Made by a program: the position numbers and the translations under genes
Part shown: one piece after another, positions 49,401-62,656 of the stretch
How the letters are laid out: each line of letters begins with the position of its first letter
Numbering within the stretch: the stretch's first letter is position 1
Notes under the pieces: model-generated
The model's database searches: none
Seen by the model: the letters and a program-made list of their open reading frames with translations, nothing else
What the model was told of the DNA's origin: nothing
Origin: Pocillopora damicornis
Lineage: Eukaryota
Assembly: GCF_003704095.1 (NCBI RefSeq)
Contig: NW_020845264.1
Span: forward strand, 682,001-746,000
Length of the DNA stretch: 64,000 nt
Reading direction: 5' to 3'

Positions 49401-52400
49401 TAAAGGTATTTTATTTTAAGTTGTACGAAGAAGATCAACAGAGGAAAGTAAAATTTTTGTTTTGTTAACTTGTTTGTTTGTTCATTTAGTTTTATTTTGT
49501 TAGTTGTGAGTTTAGATTATCTCCGTACCGCTGGCCATCTTCACATGGACTGCCTGTCTTTGGTGACTAAGTGCCTAAGCCATGCCTGCTTTAAAGCACA
49601 GACCGGTATGTAAATGTTACGTTTGAATAAATCTCACCTTAGTTCACTTAAATTTCCGTTTAACCCTTTAACTCCCAAGATCTCATTAGTAATTCTCCTT
49701 GCTGTCTACCATATAGTTCTTGTGATGTTAGTATTGCGAATTTGGAATTGGATCATTGATATTTTCCCTTATTCTCATTACTTGACTGCTTGACATTGTA
49801 CTGATGGTGAAAGGAGAAATTCTGCCCAGGTCACTAGTGGGACTTAAAGGGTTAAACACCCGCATGGTAAAAACAAAAGGAAAGGATTTTCTCGACAATT
49901 AGTTTCAATTAGCCCCACTCAAACTTACCTACAAGTAACGTCTGTAGTAAGATTTTTTTGTGACATCAACCTCTTGGGTTGTATTAAAACCTTAATGCCA
50001 AAAGATCCTGACTTGTATCTCTGTGTCCACCAGTGTTTTTTTTTTCTTTTTTCGCGTAGTGTGGCATTTATTATGTTTTCATCTTGTAGGTGAGGATGGC
50101 ACGGAATGTGGGGCATCCTCTGGGAAGGAAGTTGTTTCTGTTTCTGCTCATGAATCAATTCCAGAAGGAGAGAGTACACATGACGTTGAAGGAGCGGCGA
50201 CCATAAATACGGCTGCTGTAGCTACCGCTGTCGCTGCTACTGCATCTGCTGATGTTATGGCGATAGATAAGGATGCATGTCGATCATCAGGAGATGAACC
50301 TCACCAAGCTGAAGCCAAAGATCATAAGGATACGGCTGCTGTAATGGAAGAAAAGGTACTTACGGAAGGAATTTCTGAGGTGGACACAAACACAGCAGGT
50401 GGTGATGGGACAAATGAAGGTGTGGTGATTAACGAAGGGCCTTCATCTGAGAGTAAAGTGGAAGGATCTGCTACACGGCAAGACATAATAACACAAACCA
50501 TTGAAGATGTTGAAACATTGTTTGCCAGCAAAACGCACGAAAGACTATTAGGACTTCTTGGGGCTGTTCTTCCGCAGGATTCAAAGGTGCAAACATGATG
50601 TTATATCTACTGGGTTATCTTCTTAGAGAAAGCTACTAAGAATCGGAATACTTTTAACTCGTTGATCAACGAATGCTTCTTGATTTTTATTTCGCTGAAG
50701 AGTTTGATAGTTAGTTACCTTTTTCTCGTAAAACGTTTGTGCCTGCAATCGTTAATCATTCTTCACCATTGGCGAAAAAAGCATTAATGATTTAGTTTTA
50801 TTGTTTCTTATGTTATCAAGTCGTAAGAGGATAAGAGTCACTGATGTAACTGGGATAAAAATATACTCTGAATTTTCTTGTTATGTAATCGCTGTATGTT
50901 TTTTCCTCTCCTCAGTTCAATCGCTGGACATCTTACTGCTCTGGAGTTGAAGAGTTTATATCGGACAAATTTCTTCCAACGTTGTTTAAGATTATTAGGT
51001 GCGAGCCATTTTTAAATCTCGTCACGAGAAGATTGAGAAAAGTAATGCTGAAGTGGTGTTGTTTTTTTTTTTGAGCAGGGACGGCGAATGTGACGACAAA
51101 ACGAAAGCTCTTGCCCTTGGAATTCTTGGAAAGTTTTTGCAGTGCACCAGCCCTGTGGTGAGTGTTGTTTCTTTTAATGGGTGTGTTTGTTTGCCATTTG
51201 AGGCTGCGTTTCCATGTTGTGATGATTGCAGTGTACACTCCACCAAACAAGCATTCTTTACTTTGTAAGTAAATTCTTTTAGATACCTCCCAGAAGACAC
51301 AAAACAGAGATATCGCCAGGCAAAGTTTTTGCCTCGTCCCACTAAAGGGTATATGTTGTTACAACCACAGTCAGGGTTACAGCACCACCTACCCTTTTGA
51401 TTTATTGTATTTTATCCCAGTGTGGTAATATGTTTTATCTTGGTGATTCTGACTTCTACGTTATCGATAATTCGACAGTCTCCATTACTGACTGAATTAT
51501 TTCTTACTGTGGTATTCAGGTGTCTGATCGTGGTGTATCGCTCTTTTACACTTTACCTGTCAAGACGGAAAGTGAGATCAGCAATAAAGAGGGATCATCA
51601 GGAAACGCCACTGTTGAGTTTCTCTTTCACCTTGGAGCAGAGTATTTAGCGAGGTGGGTATTATCATCAAGGCTTCGAAATGGTATATTTTCAATCTTTG
51701 GCGAACTCGCTTTGTTATTATTTTCTTTGGATATAACGAAAGAGGCGAAAGGATTAACAATCGAATTTGTCCGTTAATTTGTTTGGTTGGTTTGTTGCAG
51801 ATCTGATCTTAATGCGTCCTCGTGTATGGCATCCACATTACAACAATTGGCAAGTTCATCTCACTGGCAGCCAAGTGTAGCAGATTATGTTGGAATGTGT
51901 CTGGAGCGTTTGGCTCAACCGACTGAGGTAAAAGATTCACAAAGTTTTCGGCCCTCAAGTAATGTAACGTTTTTATGCTAACGTATCTGCTGATTTTCAA
52001 GTTATCCTACTTATTTATTTGCAGAACGTAGATTTAAGTGCATTGTTTGGACTGCTTGTCTTCGCAAGATTTCCTGATGTAAGTCTACTTTACTTGAAGG
52101 GCGATAAGTTGGGACAATAAATACAACTTTTATATCAAGACTGGATGAGAAGTGACTGACGGAGGGGAAGCTCGATACTGGTTCAACAGGGCTCTTAAGC
52201 GTATTTTCTTTTATTATTGTCATTTCAGTTTGTTCGTATGGGGTCCGTGGTTGAAATGAAGGATCCAAGTGGAGAGAAGCGGAGAGCGGTTGTGTTCAAA
52301 TATTACCTTGATAAAGGAAGTGTTACAGTAATTGATGTCAAATCTCGTAAAAGGAAAACGGTAAGAAACTCTTCTCACTTGCTCTCGAACCAAACACTTC

Positions 52401-52658
52401 GCTTTGACGCACAAATTTTTATTCATTAACAGGTCAAGGAGCACCTTTTAGAAGAATCCTCTTCTCTAAGTGAAACTTTCAAGACTTCAAGGTTTTCTGT
52501 TCTTCTGGACATCGTCGTAAAAATTCTTCATCTTCTTAAAGATAGTAAGTCTTCAAGCCTTCACATGCAATTGCTCTTTAGGTTAATTTCTGTAGTTGGC
52601 GCTGCATTTGTTGGAGCCACTTTCAACCAAGGAACCTTCCAATCTAAAGAATTTGGTG

Positions 52659-52707
<49 letters not shown>

Positions 52708-55700
52708 AGAAAAGACTGTTCCAGTGGAGAGAATGTGGGTTCTATATCTTGGACTGAAGGGCCTACTTGGTAACATTAAGGTATTCTGATATTTAACACG
52801 TTTTAATTTAATTTAAATGAATATGAAGGAATGTGCTGACCCAGTCAATCGATTTTGAAACACGTTAGTCAAGGAAGAAGTCGTGTCTTTCGAAATAATC
52901 TTGCGCCAACATCTGCCACAAAGTAGCTCAGTTTGGGAAGTTTCTATTATTATAGTTTAGAGAAGCACTATCTACAGCTTGATTAGAACTCGTAGCAAAA
53001 GCATCCAATGCATAATTGTTTCCGTATAGGTATAAAAACTCTCATAATTTTCCAGGCAAATTCAAGTTTAAGTCTGAATTCAGAGATGGTGGCCAGTGGT
53101 ATCGTTCCTTTGCTTGTTAATATCGCCTGTCAAGGGACTACATTCAGCAGTCAGTGGATTTTACGAGATTTGGAGGCGAGTATAGCCATTAGCAACAATC
53201 ATTTCTTCAGAGCGTTCTACTACAAATTACAAAAAAGCAACATACAGTTGCTAAAAAGATCAGGTCTGAACACCGACTGGAGAACTATAGCGAGTTAGAC
53301 CTACTCGCAGGCAAGGTAACACGCAGGGGGGGTGGGGAGCAGATATAGCACAGTGATGAGTATGCTTGTCCCCATCACTCAGGTTCGGGTTTGATTGCTG
53401 GAGTTTCTCGTCAATCTTGATTGCTCGGAGGTTTATCTTTAGATACTCCGGTTTTCCTCCCTCCCAGAAACCAACACTCCGAGTTCCACTTCGACCGCTG
53501 ATAACAGTGGACTTAGAACCACCTCGTGAATTTGCCAAAATTTCATATCCCTGTCATTTATCTTTTTTGTTATCGCTGTTATTCATTCTTATGGTTAAGA
53601 TAGTGACATTTTCTGCTGAACGAAGCCAGCCTTTTTAATACCAGCGGAATTCTAATCCAATTGCTATCTGTTGTCACTAAAACAGGTGTTGTCTCTCAAA
53701 TTGTACAAGTCAGAGCGATTCACCACACCATCTCCATCTAAACCGGCTGAAAAAGATGAAAGTAAAACGCCATCGAAGACTTCACAGGAAGCTGAACCAA
53801 CAACAAATGATACCTCTGCAACGGTAGAGACAACAAAGACAAATAATTCAGTGAAAGAAGAAGAAGAAGGCGGGGGTGATCCCTTTGAAGGGCTTGATGA
53901 TATCACCAAGACATGCTTCGAGGTTTGTACTCTGTTAATGCGAATCTTGGCTCACTTATCTTGATAATAATTCATAATTTTTATCTTTATTTATGGATTT
54001 GGACTTCTTTTCACCTTTCATAGACTATCTACGAAGCGATGAATGTTCCTTGTTCCGTACTTAGAGCCATTTATGAGAATGTAGAACATGATCAAAGCCG
54101 GCTGCTGGAAGAAGTGCAGAGAGGGTCAGTAACTTAATGGGACAAAAATCTTCGAATTCTAAGCGATTGTAGAAGATATTTAACAATCTGATTTTTACTT
54201 TGTGGTGCGTGGTTTTCTTGCTCTTCTTATCCTGTTCTATCAAGAAACACCAGAATTCACTTTCGATTAAGACGTTCGCGAAGTTAGGTAGGTAGGATGA
54301 TTCTGTGATGAATAATGATTGACTCATCACGCAACATTCGTTCCACTCAAAAGAAGAGGGGAGCCTGGAGCCTTGAGCCTGGAGTAACGTTTTGGAAAAG
54401 GAGAATCGCTTTACCCAGACACAAGCTAAGACGGTCAAAATGTCTCGTGACCCGCACATGGACTGATAAACAATACTGCCATGTTTTTTTTAATATTCCA
54501 GGTTTGATGGCGCAGGTTTTCAAGTATCGGACGAGGTTAGAGAACAAGCTAAGAAGTGGTAAGTAAGTATTAATTCATTTTGCCCATTATACGCACTTGG
54601 TTCGAAGCCTCTTTCAATTACTCGGTTGGTTGGTTGGTTGTTCATTTATTTGCTTCATTGCCTTTTTATTCTTCGGTTAGCTAAAATGTAAAATGCTCAG
54701 ATTTGTTTTTAATCTCTGCACGATTGTTTTCTTTTTCTTTCTGAAGTTTTGCTTCTCTCATCAGGGTAGCTATCCAAAAGAAACCTGATGTGAACTCGGC
54801 GCCAGGCCCTGTTGTTGACGTTGGAGTTGTTCGTTATACGACCAGTGAGATATTACCAAAGAATGTCCAGGCCAAAGCTGAACAAAGCGAAGCGGCTCAA
54901 AAGTTGATTCCTTCGCTTAGTGATGCGGAAATTGAAGAGGTAAGTATTACTGCGTCAGGCCACGAAGGCGTTTCACACGATAAAAGAAACTTAAAATAAA
55001 TACTTTTTTTTTTTGGACATCTTTGATTCTTTTAGACTCGCGAGAAGCAGGCTCGCACTAAATCAGCTGAGTTGTTAAAGAAGGAACTCGAAAGTGAAGA
55101 AAACTTGGGAAGTACAGAGTATCTTACCAAGGTAAGGATGTCTTTGCTGTTTTACTCTCATTGCTGGTGTTGCAACTTGCCTTACCGGCTTCTTTATTTG
55201 TAAACAGTGATAGTAACAAAGATAAATTCAAAGAACCCGAAAGTGTTGAATTCGTCATACAACCTCAAAATCAAAAGCGTCCACGCAGCGTTAGCGATTC
55301 CATTCCCTTTTCAGCAATTACGTGTCCATAATAAGATTGCGTGATCTCAAAACTAATCACAACATTCTTAACGAACTGTAGTCCTTCACTAATATACATT
55401 AACAAGTGGCTACTTATTTGTTTATAGTTTGAAGTATGATAATATTAAATAATTTTTATTATTTGTAACGCTCTCTGATGCTTTTATTCCTGATATAGGT
55501 TAATCTTGCTCTGTCAGTGATCTACTCGCGGCATTTGATCGCCATTTTGCTGGGACAATGGCCACAGGGTCATGTGATCACATCTGAGCTGATGGACAAC
55601 AGTGATGAAGTACAGTTCATTGGTTTGCTGGACATATTACAGAGACTAGAGAATAAAGAACTGTTTGAAAAGGTATGAGACCTGCCTATCCACTCTTACA

Positions 55701-58700
55701 ACCTCAGTTCTTTACTAACGGTATTTGTTTTACTTTAGTAGAAATAAAGATGTTTGTGCTTCTTATTGACTTAAAATCTTTGAGAATTTTATATGAAGGA
55801 ATAATCCCTAAGCCTCTTGAAACAATATATTTTAAAATGCTTTCTCTTGCAAAGACGACATAATGTTTGCATAAATTTCTTCACTTTCATGCTTTCTTTC
55901 TCCAAGGGCATGTTACATTCCTCCCAAGACTCCATCCTACACTATCCCCCCCCCCCCTCTCCCTCCTAAGGAAGCCTCCGCTGGTCTAAGCCTCACCCTT
56001 GTAAAATTACCCCTGTTCCACTGCCTGCCACCTGGCTGCACCCACCAAGTGCTAAACAACACTGTATCTGCTATGTCAGGTGGTGAGTTCAGTTGTACGG
56101 TGTGGAGACCCTAAACTGGTTCATCCTTTGTCTCTTGCTGCCGCTCACTGCATGGGTGAAGTGACCCTGTCAACTGAGACCAGAGAGTCTGAACATAAGT
56201 ATCCGAATGATACAGTGAACGAGGTAAGACTCCGCACTCAATTTTTTGGGTAATTTTTTTACTGGTATTATCTTGATAGGAACAACTTTATGTATTTCCG
56301 AGAATCTTTTTATGGACATCATCTTAACTTAAGATAAAACAAATCTAAATACAACATTATACAGATATGTGAAAGTGACAAACGCATCTGCTGCCCTTTT
56401 TTGTTGTTTATTTTTACGCGCTTTTTCCACGTTGCCCAGAGATGCGCTTGGCCTTGAGAGACAGTCAGTTAGTGAGTAGGCTCTTTGCTGGTCCCATCTA
56501 AGTCCCCTACTAATGGACTTAGTGTCTCGAGACACTTCTATATTTCCACGTTTCTTTCGCGTTTAAGCAAAGGCGAGTTACAGCCGCCTCTTCTTATTCC
56601 ATACACAGGGAAAAGTACACATTCCTGGCGCTGCTACCCTCTTTGTCAAGTTTGATCCAAGGTGTGTGACCTTAATGTATTGTTCTTTAACTTTTTATAA
56701 GTTAATTTTTGATCAAATCCAACGTGAATTTGTTTCATTATTGCACAACCATCAAATTGTGAAACAAATTTGTCATTTTTGTTCCCTTTCTTGCCTTTTC
56801 AGATGTTCCACCGAGGATGGATGCGATGAACTGCGGATTGCATCCTCAGCTGACTATGAACAAAACAAACACGTGTTTTCTGGTCCCAGTAGTCGATGGA
56901 TTGATTTGGAAATACCAGGTTTGTAAAGCATCATGGACCAGACACAGATGATCCGATCCTGAACATGAGGAATAAATACATTTTTAAAACTTTATGTTTT
57001 GTTTCAGGTGACACTTTGTATTACATATTCACTTCCGACAGCAGCACCAACGACTGGGGCTGGAAATTTGTAGTCACTGGCGGCCAACTGGGAAGGTAAC
57101 GGCACTGACACATTGCAAAACAACACCTCAAGGAGTGACTCGCACTTTGAATAGAAATGCATCTGTTCTAGAGTGCTATCTGGCCATTGAATAATTGGAT
57201 GAAAGGTTTTTTTTTCCTTTTTTCACGTATGTCTAAACTTAAGAGGGGTTTTGTTTATGCTTTCGTTTAGATTCAAGACTGGCTTTACAATGCTGAATGC
57301 TATGCTGTCACTGGATAACAAAGTTGCCAGGTATTTCTTGATGGAGCCAAATTTTTGTCATCCAGCAAACCCCGTATGTGCTTTCATTCTCTTTAAGCAA
57401 ACTGATGTTAACATGGGTGGTTTTTTTTTATCATTGAATTGAATTTCTGTCACTGATGGGCTGATTTTGTTCATTCCCAGGTCCTTGCCAATCAAGACGT
57501 TATGGGTTTGGTTGGTATCAGTAGCCTGCTGCCAGACTGGTCAGCAGCGTCTCATGGCGACTGGCTTGCTGCTGCGACTACTGTTAGTCGTGTCAGGGTA
57601 AGACATGTATCATAGATCGGTCTTTAGACACGGAGCAACTCATTTTAATATCACAGAACAGTTAATAAAAATAAGGTTACTACTTGTAGAGTTGAGAACT
57701 CTGCATGAACAGATGATACGATTATGTAATATCCGTGGTTCGTAATTTTTTTCCATGGCAGACAAGTGTTGGAGAGAGATGGGTCGTGTTCAGTTCCAAT
57801 GGAGACAAGTGATCGGCCAGACCTGAGTTTGTTGAGGCCCCTGTGGTCTCTTTATACCAGCATGTTGGAAAAGGAAGGAGGTCGGTATACACAACGCCTT
57901 TTTAATTTTTTGATTAATCACTTATTTGTACCAATTCTTTAAGAAACCTTTTTTAACCCTATTTCTAATAGCTTATACGACTAGAGAACTTTTAATTACG
58001 TATAATATATTACTTTTCGACGTGTAACGCATCAACCCGGTGTTGTTTTCCAAACTGTTGTATTTTTGTATTTATCCCTTTAAGCCAATCAGTGTTGGCC
58101 ATTGAATGATGTTCCTCTTCTATCAATAGGTTCTGGATCAGTTCCTACTTTGGTGTCTCCTGTACTTCGAGGACTCACTGAACTCTTTTTGATGGTGGAA
58201 AACCTCGCACAGGTCGCTGTAACAATTTACTGATTATCTTCTTAATCTACATATGGTTATATAACTGTAAATATTGTTCTTTCTGCAAAGTTCTTTACTT
58301 TCTGACTGATTTTACATTTTACTTTCCTCAATTAGGACTGGGGCACGGCTGAGGACCTCGTGGTTGGTTTTACAACAAATGAAAGTTTGAAGCGATGCTT
58401 CTCACAGGTAAATAAAGATAATTAGAAAAGTTACCGGCTTTAAACTTTTTCATCCTAAGATCAGTATGCACATTCTCCATACTGTTTTCTATATATTTCC
58501 CAAGGTGCTTACGTGGAGAGTTTGCTTAATAATCAAAAGCTCCGGTATTTGTTGATCGTTTCCATTATTCTCATGAATTTAATGTTAGATTCAGGGGGGA
58601 TACTGTGAGGAGAAATTAGAGGCTAGTCACTCTTAGGGGTTAAAGGGTTAAAAGTAAATACAATAACTAACAAATTACTTTATTATCTCGAAACTCTTGG

Positions 58701-59505
58701 AAGGGAGTTGCTTACCACTCAGAAATCCTCATTTACAGTCTTATTTTATCGATGTTTGGAGAAATCAACGCAATGCTCAGAAATAAATTTGTGACTTCGT
58801 TGAAAATTTTTAAAGGGACACAGCTGTAGTAAATAATTACACATTAGTTGTCTCACTCGCCATAGGCCGTGCAAAAGGTTGGTCTCATTGGTCTTGCTAT
58901 TGGACAAACAAACAAGGCCTCTGAAGCCCTTATCAAGGCTGCCTCTAATCCACAACCGAAGGCGGATGAATCCAAAAAGGTACGGAAATCCGTTCTGTAT
59001 TCAGACTTTGTATGTTGATAAAAGTTGAGCAAGTCATACATTTTCATCTTTCTCAACAGGAGAAGTCAAAGGTAGACTCCTCTGTAAGGTGAGTCAGCGA
59101 TCTCCTGGCTTTTGAAGGATTTCGCTATATTATCTCAGTGACTTTGTTGAACACAACTGATATGTTGTATAGTTATTCTAATTATGCAGCTGTTTCTAGA
59201 TTTGATCTTGAATATTAAAGAAGGATGCTCTATGGTGTTCACTTGATGAAATCAGTTTTAGGTCCTCGTTATCTCACGAATCATAGAAATGAAAACCTAA
59301 CTTTTAAGAATTATATTGACATTCCACTTCACTTGAATTGGCACAAATGTAGTTTCCATCCTGTTACAAGTTATTTTCTGTGATATTCAGCTTCCAGCTA
59401 CCTTTTCCTATCACCATTGGCGGGGATGATAATGAAGATGACACGACAGGAGATGGATCCAGTGATGACTCGGACGATAGCAGCTCCTCTGACTCCTGGA
59501 ACTGA
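28447..59505 (+). CDS. ZZEF1: Zinc finger ZZ-type and EF-hand domain-containing protein 1 orthologue; roughly 85 short coding exons
   Basis: Start MGNVTAGG (28447). EF-hand LFSQFDADGEGFADVETFLE (31230-31289). APC10/DOC domain LTNGDASSYWQSDGPARSHWIRL...DQSYMPQHVVV...IRRCHSDGCDTRIRGIK (32516-34198). CUB-like ESAHNYENN...FDARCETERRYDYLEF...FHSDGSNNEWGYKF (about 41490-42240). Two ZZ fingers CDGC..RYRCLNCMDVDLCNTCY and CDEC..RFHCNECTDFDLCFGC (about 47850-48870). Second CUB-like ESEHKY...FTSDSSTNDWGWKF (about 56180-57080). Stop TGA at 59503-59505. The junctions I checked are phase-consistent. Confidence 0.93.
39221..39588 (+). mobile_element. Probable solo LTR in a ZZEF1 intron
   Basis: Termini (a)gttacga...tcgtaaca, an inverted TG..CA-type pair with the first base altered. 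Length about 368 bp, internal TATA-like gtatataat (about 39418) and aataaa (about 39509). No clean TSD. Confidence 0.55.
42580..42804. mobile_element. MITE in a ZZEF1 intron
   Basis: Imperfect TIRs caggacccggttcttcaaag ... ctttgaacaactgggcccag. Confidence 0.65.
45260..45726. mobile_element. hAT-type MITE with 14-bp TIRs and 5-bp TSD
   Basis: cagggcgtgaaatt ... aatttcacgccctg. acttt lies immediately on both flanks (45255-45259, 45727-45731). Sub-terminal tggcgac/gtcgcca motifs. Confidence 0.85.
49664..49851. mobile_element. TTAA-specific (piggyBac-type) MITE
   Basis: ttaa|ccctttaactccc ... gggacttaaaggg|ttaa. Confidence 0.8.
52660..52703. repeat. Poly(T) tract of 44 nt immediately before a ZZEF1 acceptor
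   Basis: T-run followed by aaacag|AAAAG exon start. Confidence 0.9.
53336..53480 (+). mobile_element. Degenerate tRNA-derived SINE remnant (an older copy at about 32930-33060)
   Basis: Box-A-like tagcacagtgatgag, gggtttgatt and core tactccggttttcctccctcccagaaaccaac, as I recall from cnidarian SINEs. Confidence 0.5.
58440..58651. mobile_element. Second TTAA-type MITE with a degraded left end
   Basis: Right end gtcactcttaggggttaaaggg|ttaa. Left part cctaagatcagtatgcacattctccatactg parallels the 49664 element. Confidence 0.65.
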
Positions 59506-61879
59506 TCACGTGACTCAATGTCACAACACCGACTGGCTGTCAATTCGTTTATTTGAAGTCACGTGAACACTATTCTGAGGAAAGTGAAATGATTCAAGAA
59601 TTAAACATGATCATTCTGAGGATCACGTGTACTCAAAGGATGAACAGAACCATCAAGTAGTTCAATTTCTCTGATCTATTGGGTAGTGGCTTGATTTGGT
59701 ATTTTAATCACTGCCTTAAAAACAGATAAGTATGGATGGACAGTGATTCTTAATGGAAACTGAAATCCTAGGTTTGAATGATGCTATTAACTGTCAGAGA
59801 CTGAAAAAACTGGCAATCATTTTCGCAGGTTAAACAGGAGTTTTAAATCCTGTTTTTGTCAACATAGACATTCAATATTGCAGTTTTATAACGTCAATCA
59901 GGTTATCGGCCCTGAATCATCTTTAATTTTCAAAAGCGCAGACTAAAATTGAAACTCAAGTGTACCACCTCGGCATGGTACGTCGACCGATCCTCTGAAC
60001 TTAAATTGGCTATTATTGTTACTTCCACTGTTACTGTTACTGCGCGGGGTCAAGTCACGTTTACTCGCTTTGGCAATGTGTAACTCGATGAATGTAATTC
60101 ATACCCTTATCTTGAGACCTAAAGATGAAAGAAGTTTCGAAGAGTAATCTGCACTTAGTCAAATCCAAGATTAGTTCTTATGCTAGAGCGCTTTAGTTGA
60201 GAATATAAAGAAAAACTGACGTAAAGCGATGAGCTTTTCAGGCAATCACCCCAATAGAATTTTATTAACGCTACTTCTCTGTATTGAATGACGTACTCAT
60301 TTGGCATTCAGTGTAGTACAATATTTCTGAATAAAGACACTTCGTTGGTGAAGAAAAATTCTCGCTTGTTACGTTTGTTATGGAAAGGAAATCAGGTTTT
60401 CAGTTTGCTGATGAATTCTCTGGTAAGCACGTCGAAACTGTTCAAAGGAATAGTGGAGGCTTTTGAAAACGCCTGATAAAAATGTGTCACATGCTGTTGC
60501 TTCCATCTTTTCTTTATAAGATAACGAACACTTATGAAAACACTTTATTGTGAGCGTGTTTTGTTTGCCCTTTATAATAGAGGTTGCACCAGTGGAATCG
60601 CCTTTTGTCACCTGTCAATCAATTTTTCAGGACGTAAGTTTCCTGCGCAAATTTGTTAGCAACTTTCATTGAAGTCGGCGGATATGGCAAAGAATTCGTT
60701 TCGTGCAATCCCACAGAAAGAAGTTGGGAAGTGAATCTGAGTGTTTTGATTGTTTGATAACCTCGCCTGGAAAGTATGAATAAATTTTCGGAGAGAATTC
60801 CGACGATGTTACCGGAAAAAAGCTTCATCCTCTAGCAGTGGACATACGAGAAAACTCTGAGTACAGCGAGTTGTGGGTTTGTAGAAACGTATAACCTGAT
60901 TACCACCATCTAATACTATTCATCAAAGGAGTTCAAAGAAATTAACTGAGGAATTAAATGAAATCTTTAATAATTTGTTTGAGAAAACTGGAAAGGTTGA
61001 TGTTGAAAACAGATCACTCACCCAACTAAAGACCACCTATGTTTGATTGACATTGACATTCTTCAGACATTCTGTTTCAACAAGAACTACGTTTGGAAGT
61101 TTTCCCTTGCTGGATCCTTTGTCTTCAAACGCAGAAGCAAAAAATGGGTGCAAGCTCATCCGTTAGGGATATCGTTTGAGAAACTAGTCAACAAATTAAA
61201 AGGTATGGTTAGGGGAGGAGGGGTTACGAAAGGAGGCGGAGGCTGATGGGTGCATGTGAAGCATGCCGGAACTGATGTTATTCTTTGGGTTTCATTTATT
61301 TTGTGGACCAAACACTCTTAAAATGGTATCCCGCTCTTTATGTTAAGAGCTGTGTTCCCTCCATACTTACTACTGTTATTTCTTTAATTAATTTTTTTTT
61401 AATCGTCCTAAACAATTCACGTTAGTATAGATTAGACTGCACGTTCCAACGTCGGTGTTACCGTGATAGCATGGCATGTTCTCAACGCTTATTTCACGCT
61501 GTGGTTTAAAATATGTTTATTCATGACGTTTAGGTCTATTTTATGTAAACTTAACAACGCTAAACTAAGTAAGTACTTTTAGCAGCTCATTAATGAATCA
61601 AAATGCTACATAACTGCGTTAGTACTATGGTATACTCCACATTAAGGTTAAGGGAACTTAAATACTCAAGTTACATCGCAAAGGGTGAAAGGCAACGATC
61701 TAACCATGCAAGTGCCGTGAGAGAAAAGTAATATATGCAAAGCTTGGTTTCAGGCATGATAATAGTTGAATTAAACAAGGCAGCAGTCACGCCATCTTAC
61801 AATGAGAAAATTTCCTAAATTACAAAGGTTGTTACTCCACTTAGAAACCCAGAAGAGGAAATTTAAATCGAAAGGAATG

Positions 61880-62656
61880 TTACTTGAAATCCATCAAATA
61901 ATAATGCATCACTATCTTCATATCTTGATTGTTTGGACCCGGTTCCTGTTCCACAGCTCCTTCGTCTACAGACCCCGACCATGCCGGCATATCTTGTTTC
62001 CCAAAGTATCGAATGGTGCACCTTTCGCCAAAATTCTCAGTTATACTCTTCTCGGAAAGAAACTTGAATTGCGTCGGCGTATTCTCTGGAGACTCAGGAG
62101 CAAAGAACTCAAGAAAATAACGGCCATCTGGCTTGAGGCAGCTGAGCATGATGTCTGTGTACTGCTTGAGTCGACCTTCCCTCATCATGTTGATTGCGGT
62201 CATGGATCCGCGATCCCAGATAAAATCAAATTTACCTCCAGCTATCTTGGCCGAGAAATCGAAGATACTACACTCGTACAGTGTGATATTCTTTCCATTG
62301 TTTTTGAAAACGGTACCTTGATTCTCAGGAGACAATGACACGGATTTCTCGTTGTAGGTCAACTTGTTGTCACGAAAAAATAACTCGATTCCCTTCCGGA
62401 TCAGTTCAACACCTACAACTGAGTGTCCTTGATCGGCTAACCAGATCATGTCCAAGGACTTTCCACAAAGAGGCACCAGGACTCGGAGATTTTTTCTTCC
62501 ACGCGTAACTTCGTCATGATGTTTTGTCAACATGGCGTTCACTTCGTCAGTGTGAAATTCAGGGTTGTCGGTTTCCCAGTCTTGAGCCCATGTCTCTTTA
62601 CTTTCCATGTCAAATGAAGCAATGTGTTCTAAGTTTTCTTTAGCATCCATTTCCAC
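61880..62656 (-). CDS. TPMT: Thiopurine S-methyltransferase family protein (intronless CDS)
   Basis: 258-aa ORF with W..DW....EFH...VN, RVLVPLCGKSLDMIWLADQGHSVVGVEL and FDFIWDRGSMTAIN, all TPMT-family motifs. One-to-one orthology is not established. Confidence 0.9.
   Translation of the reverse strand: MEMDAKENLEHIASFDMESKETWAQDWETDNPEFHTDEVNAMLTKHHDEVTRGRKNLRVLVPLCGKSLDMIWLADQGHSVVGVELIRKGIELFFRDNKLTYNEKSVSLSPENQGTVFKNNGKNITLYECSIFDFSAKIAGGKFDFIWDRGSMTAINMMREGRLKQYTDIMLSCLKPDGRYFLEFFAPESPENTPTQFKFLSEKSITENFGERCTIRYFGKQDMPAWSGSVDEGAVEQEPGPNNQDMKIVMHYYLMDFK

Noticed and set aside
61802-62338. 178-aa plus-strand ORF
   Set aside because: Antisense shadow of the TPMT-like CDS, with no recognisable domain.
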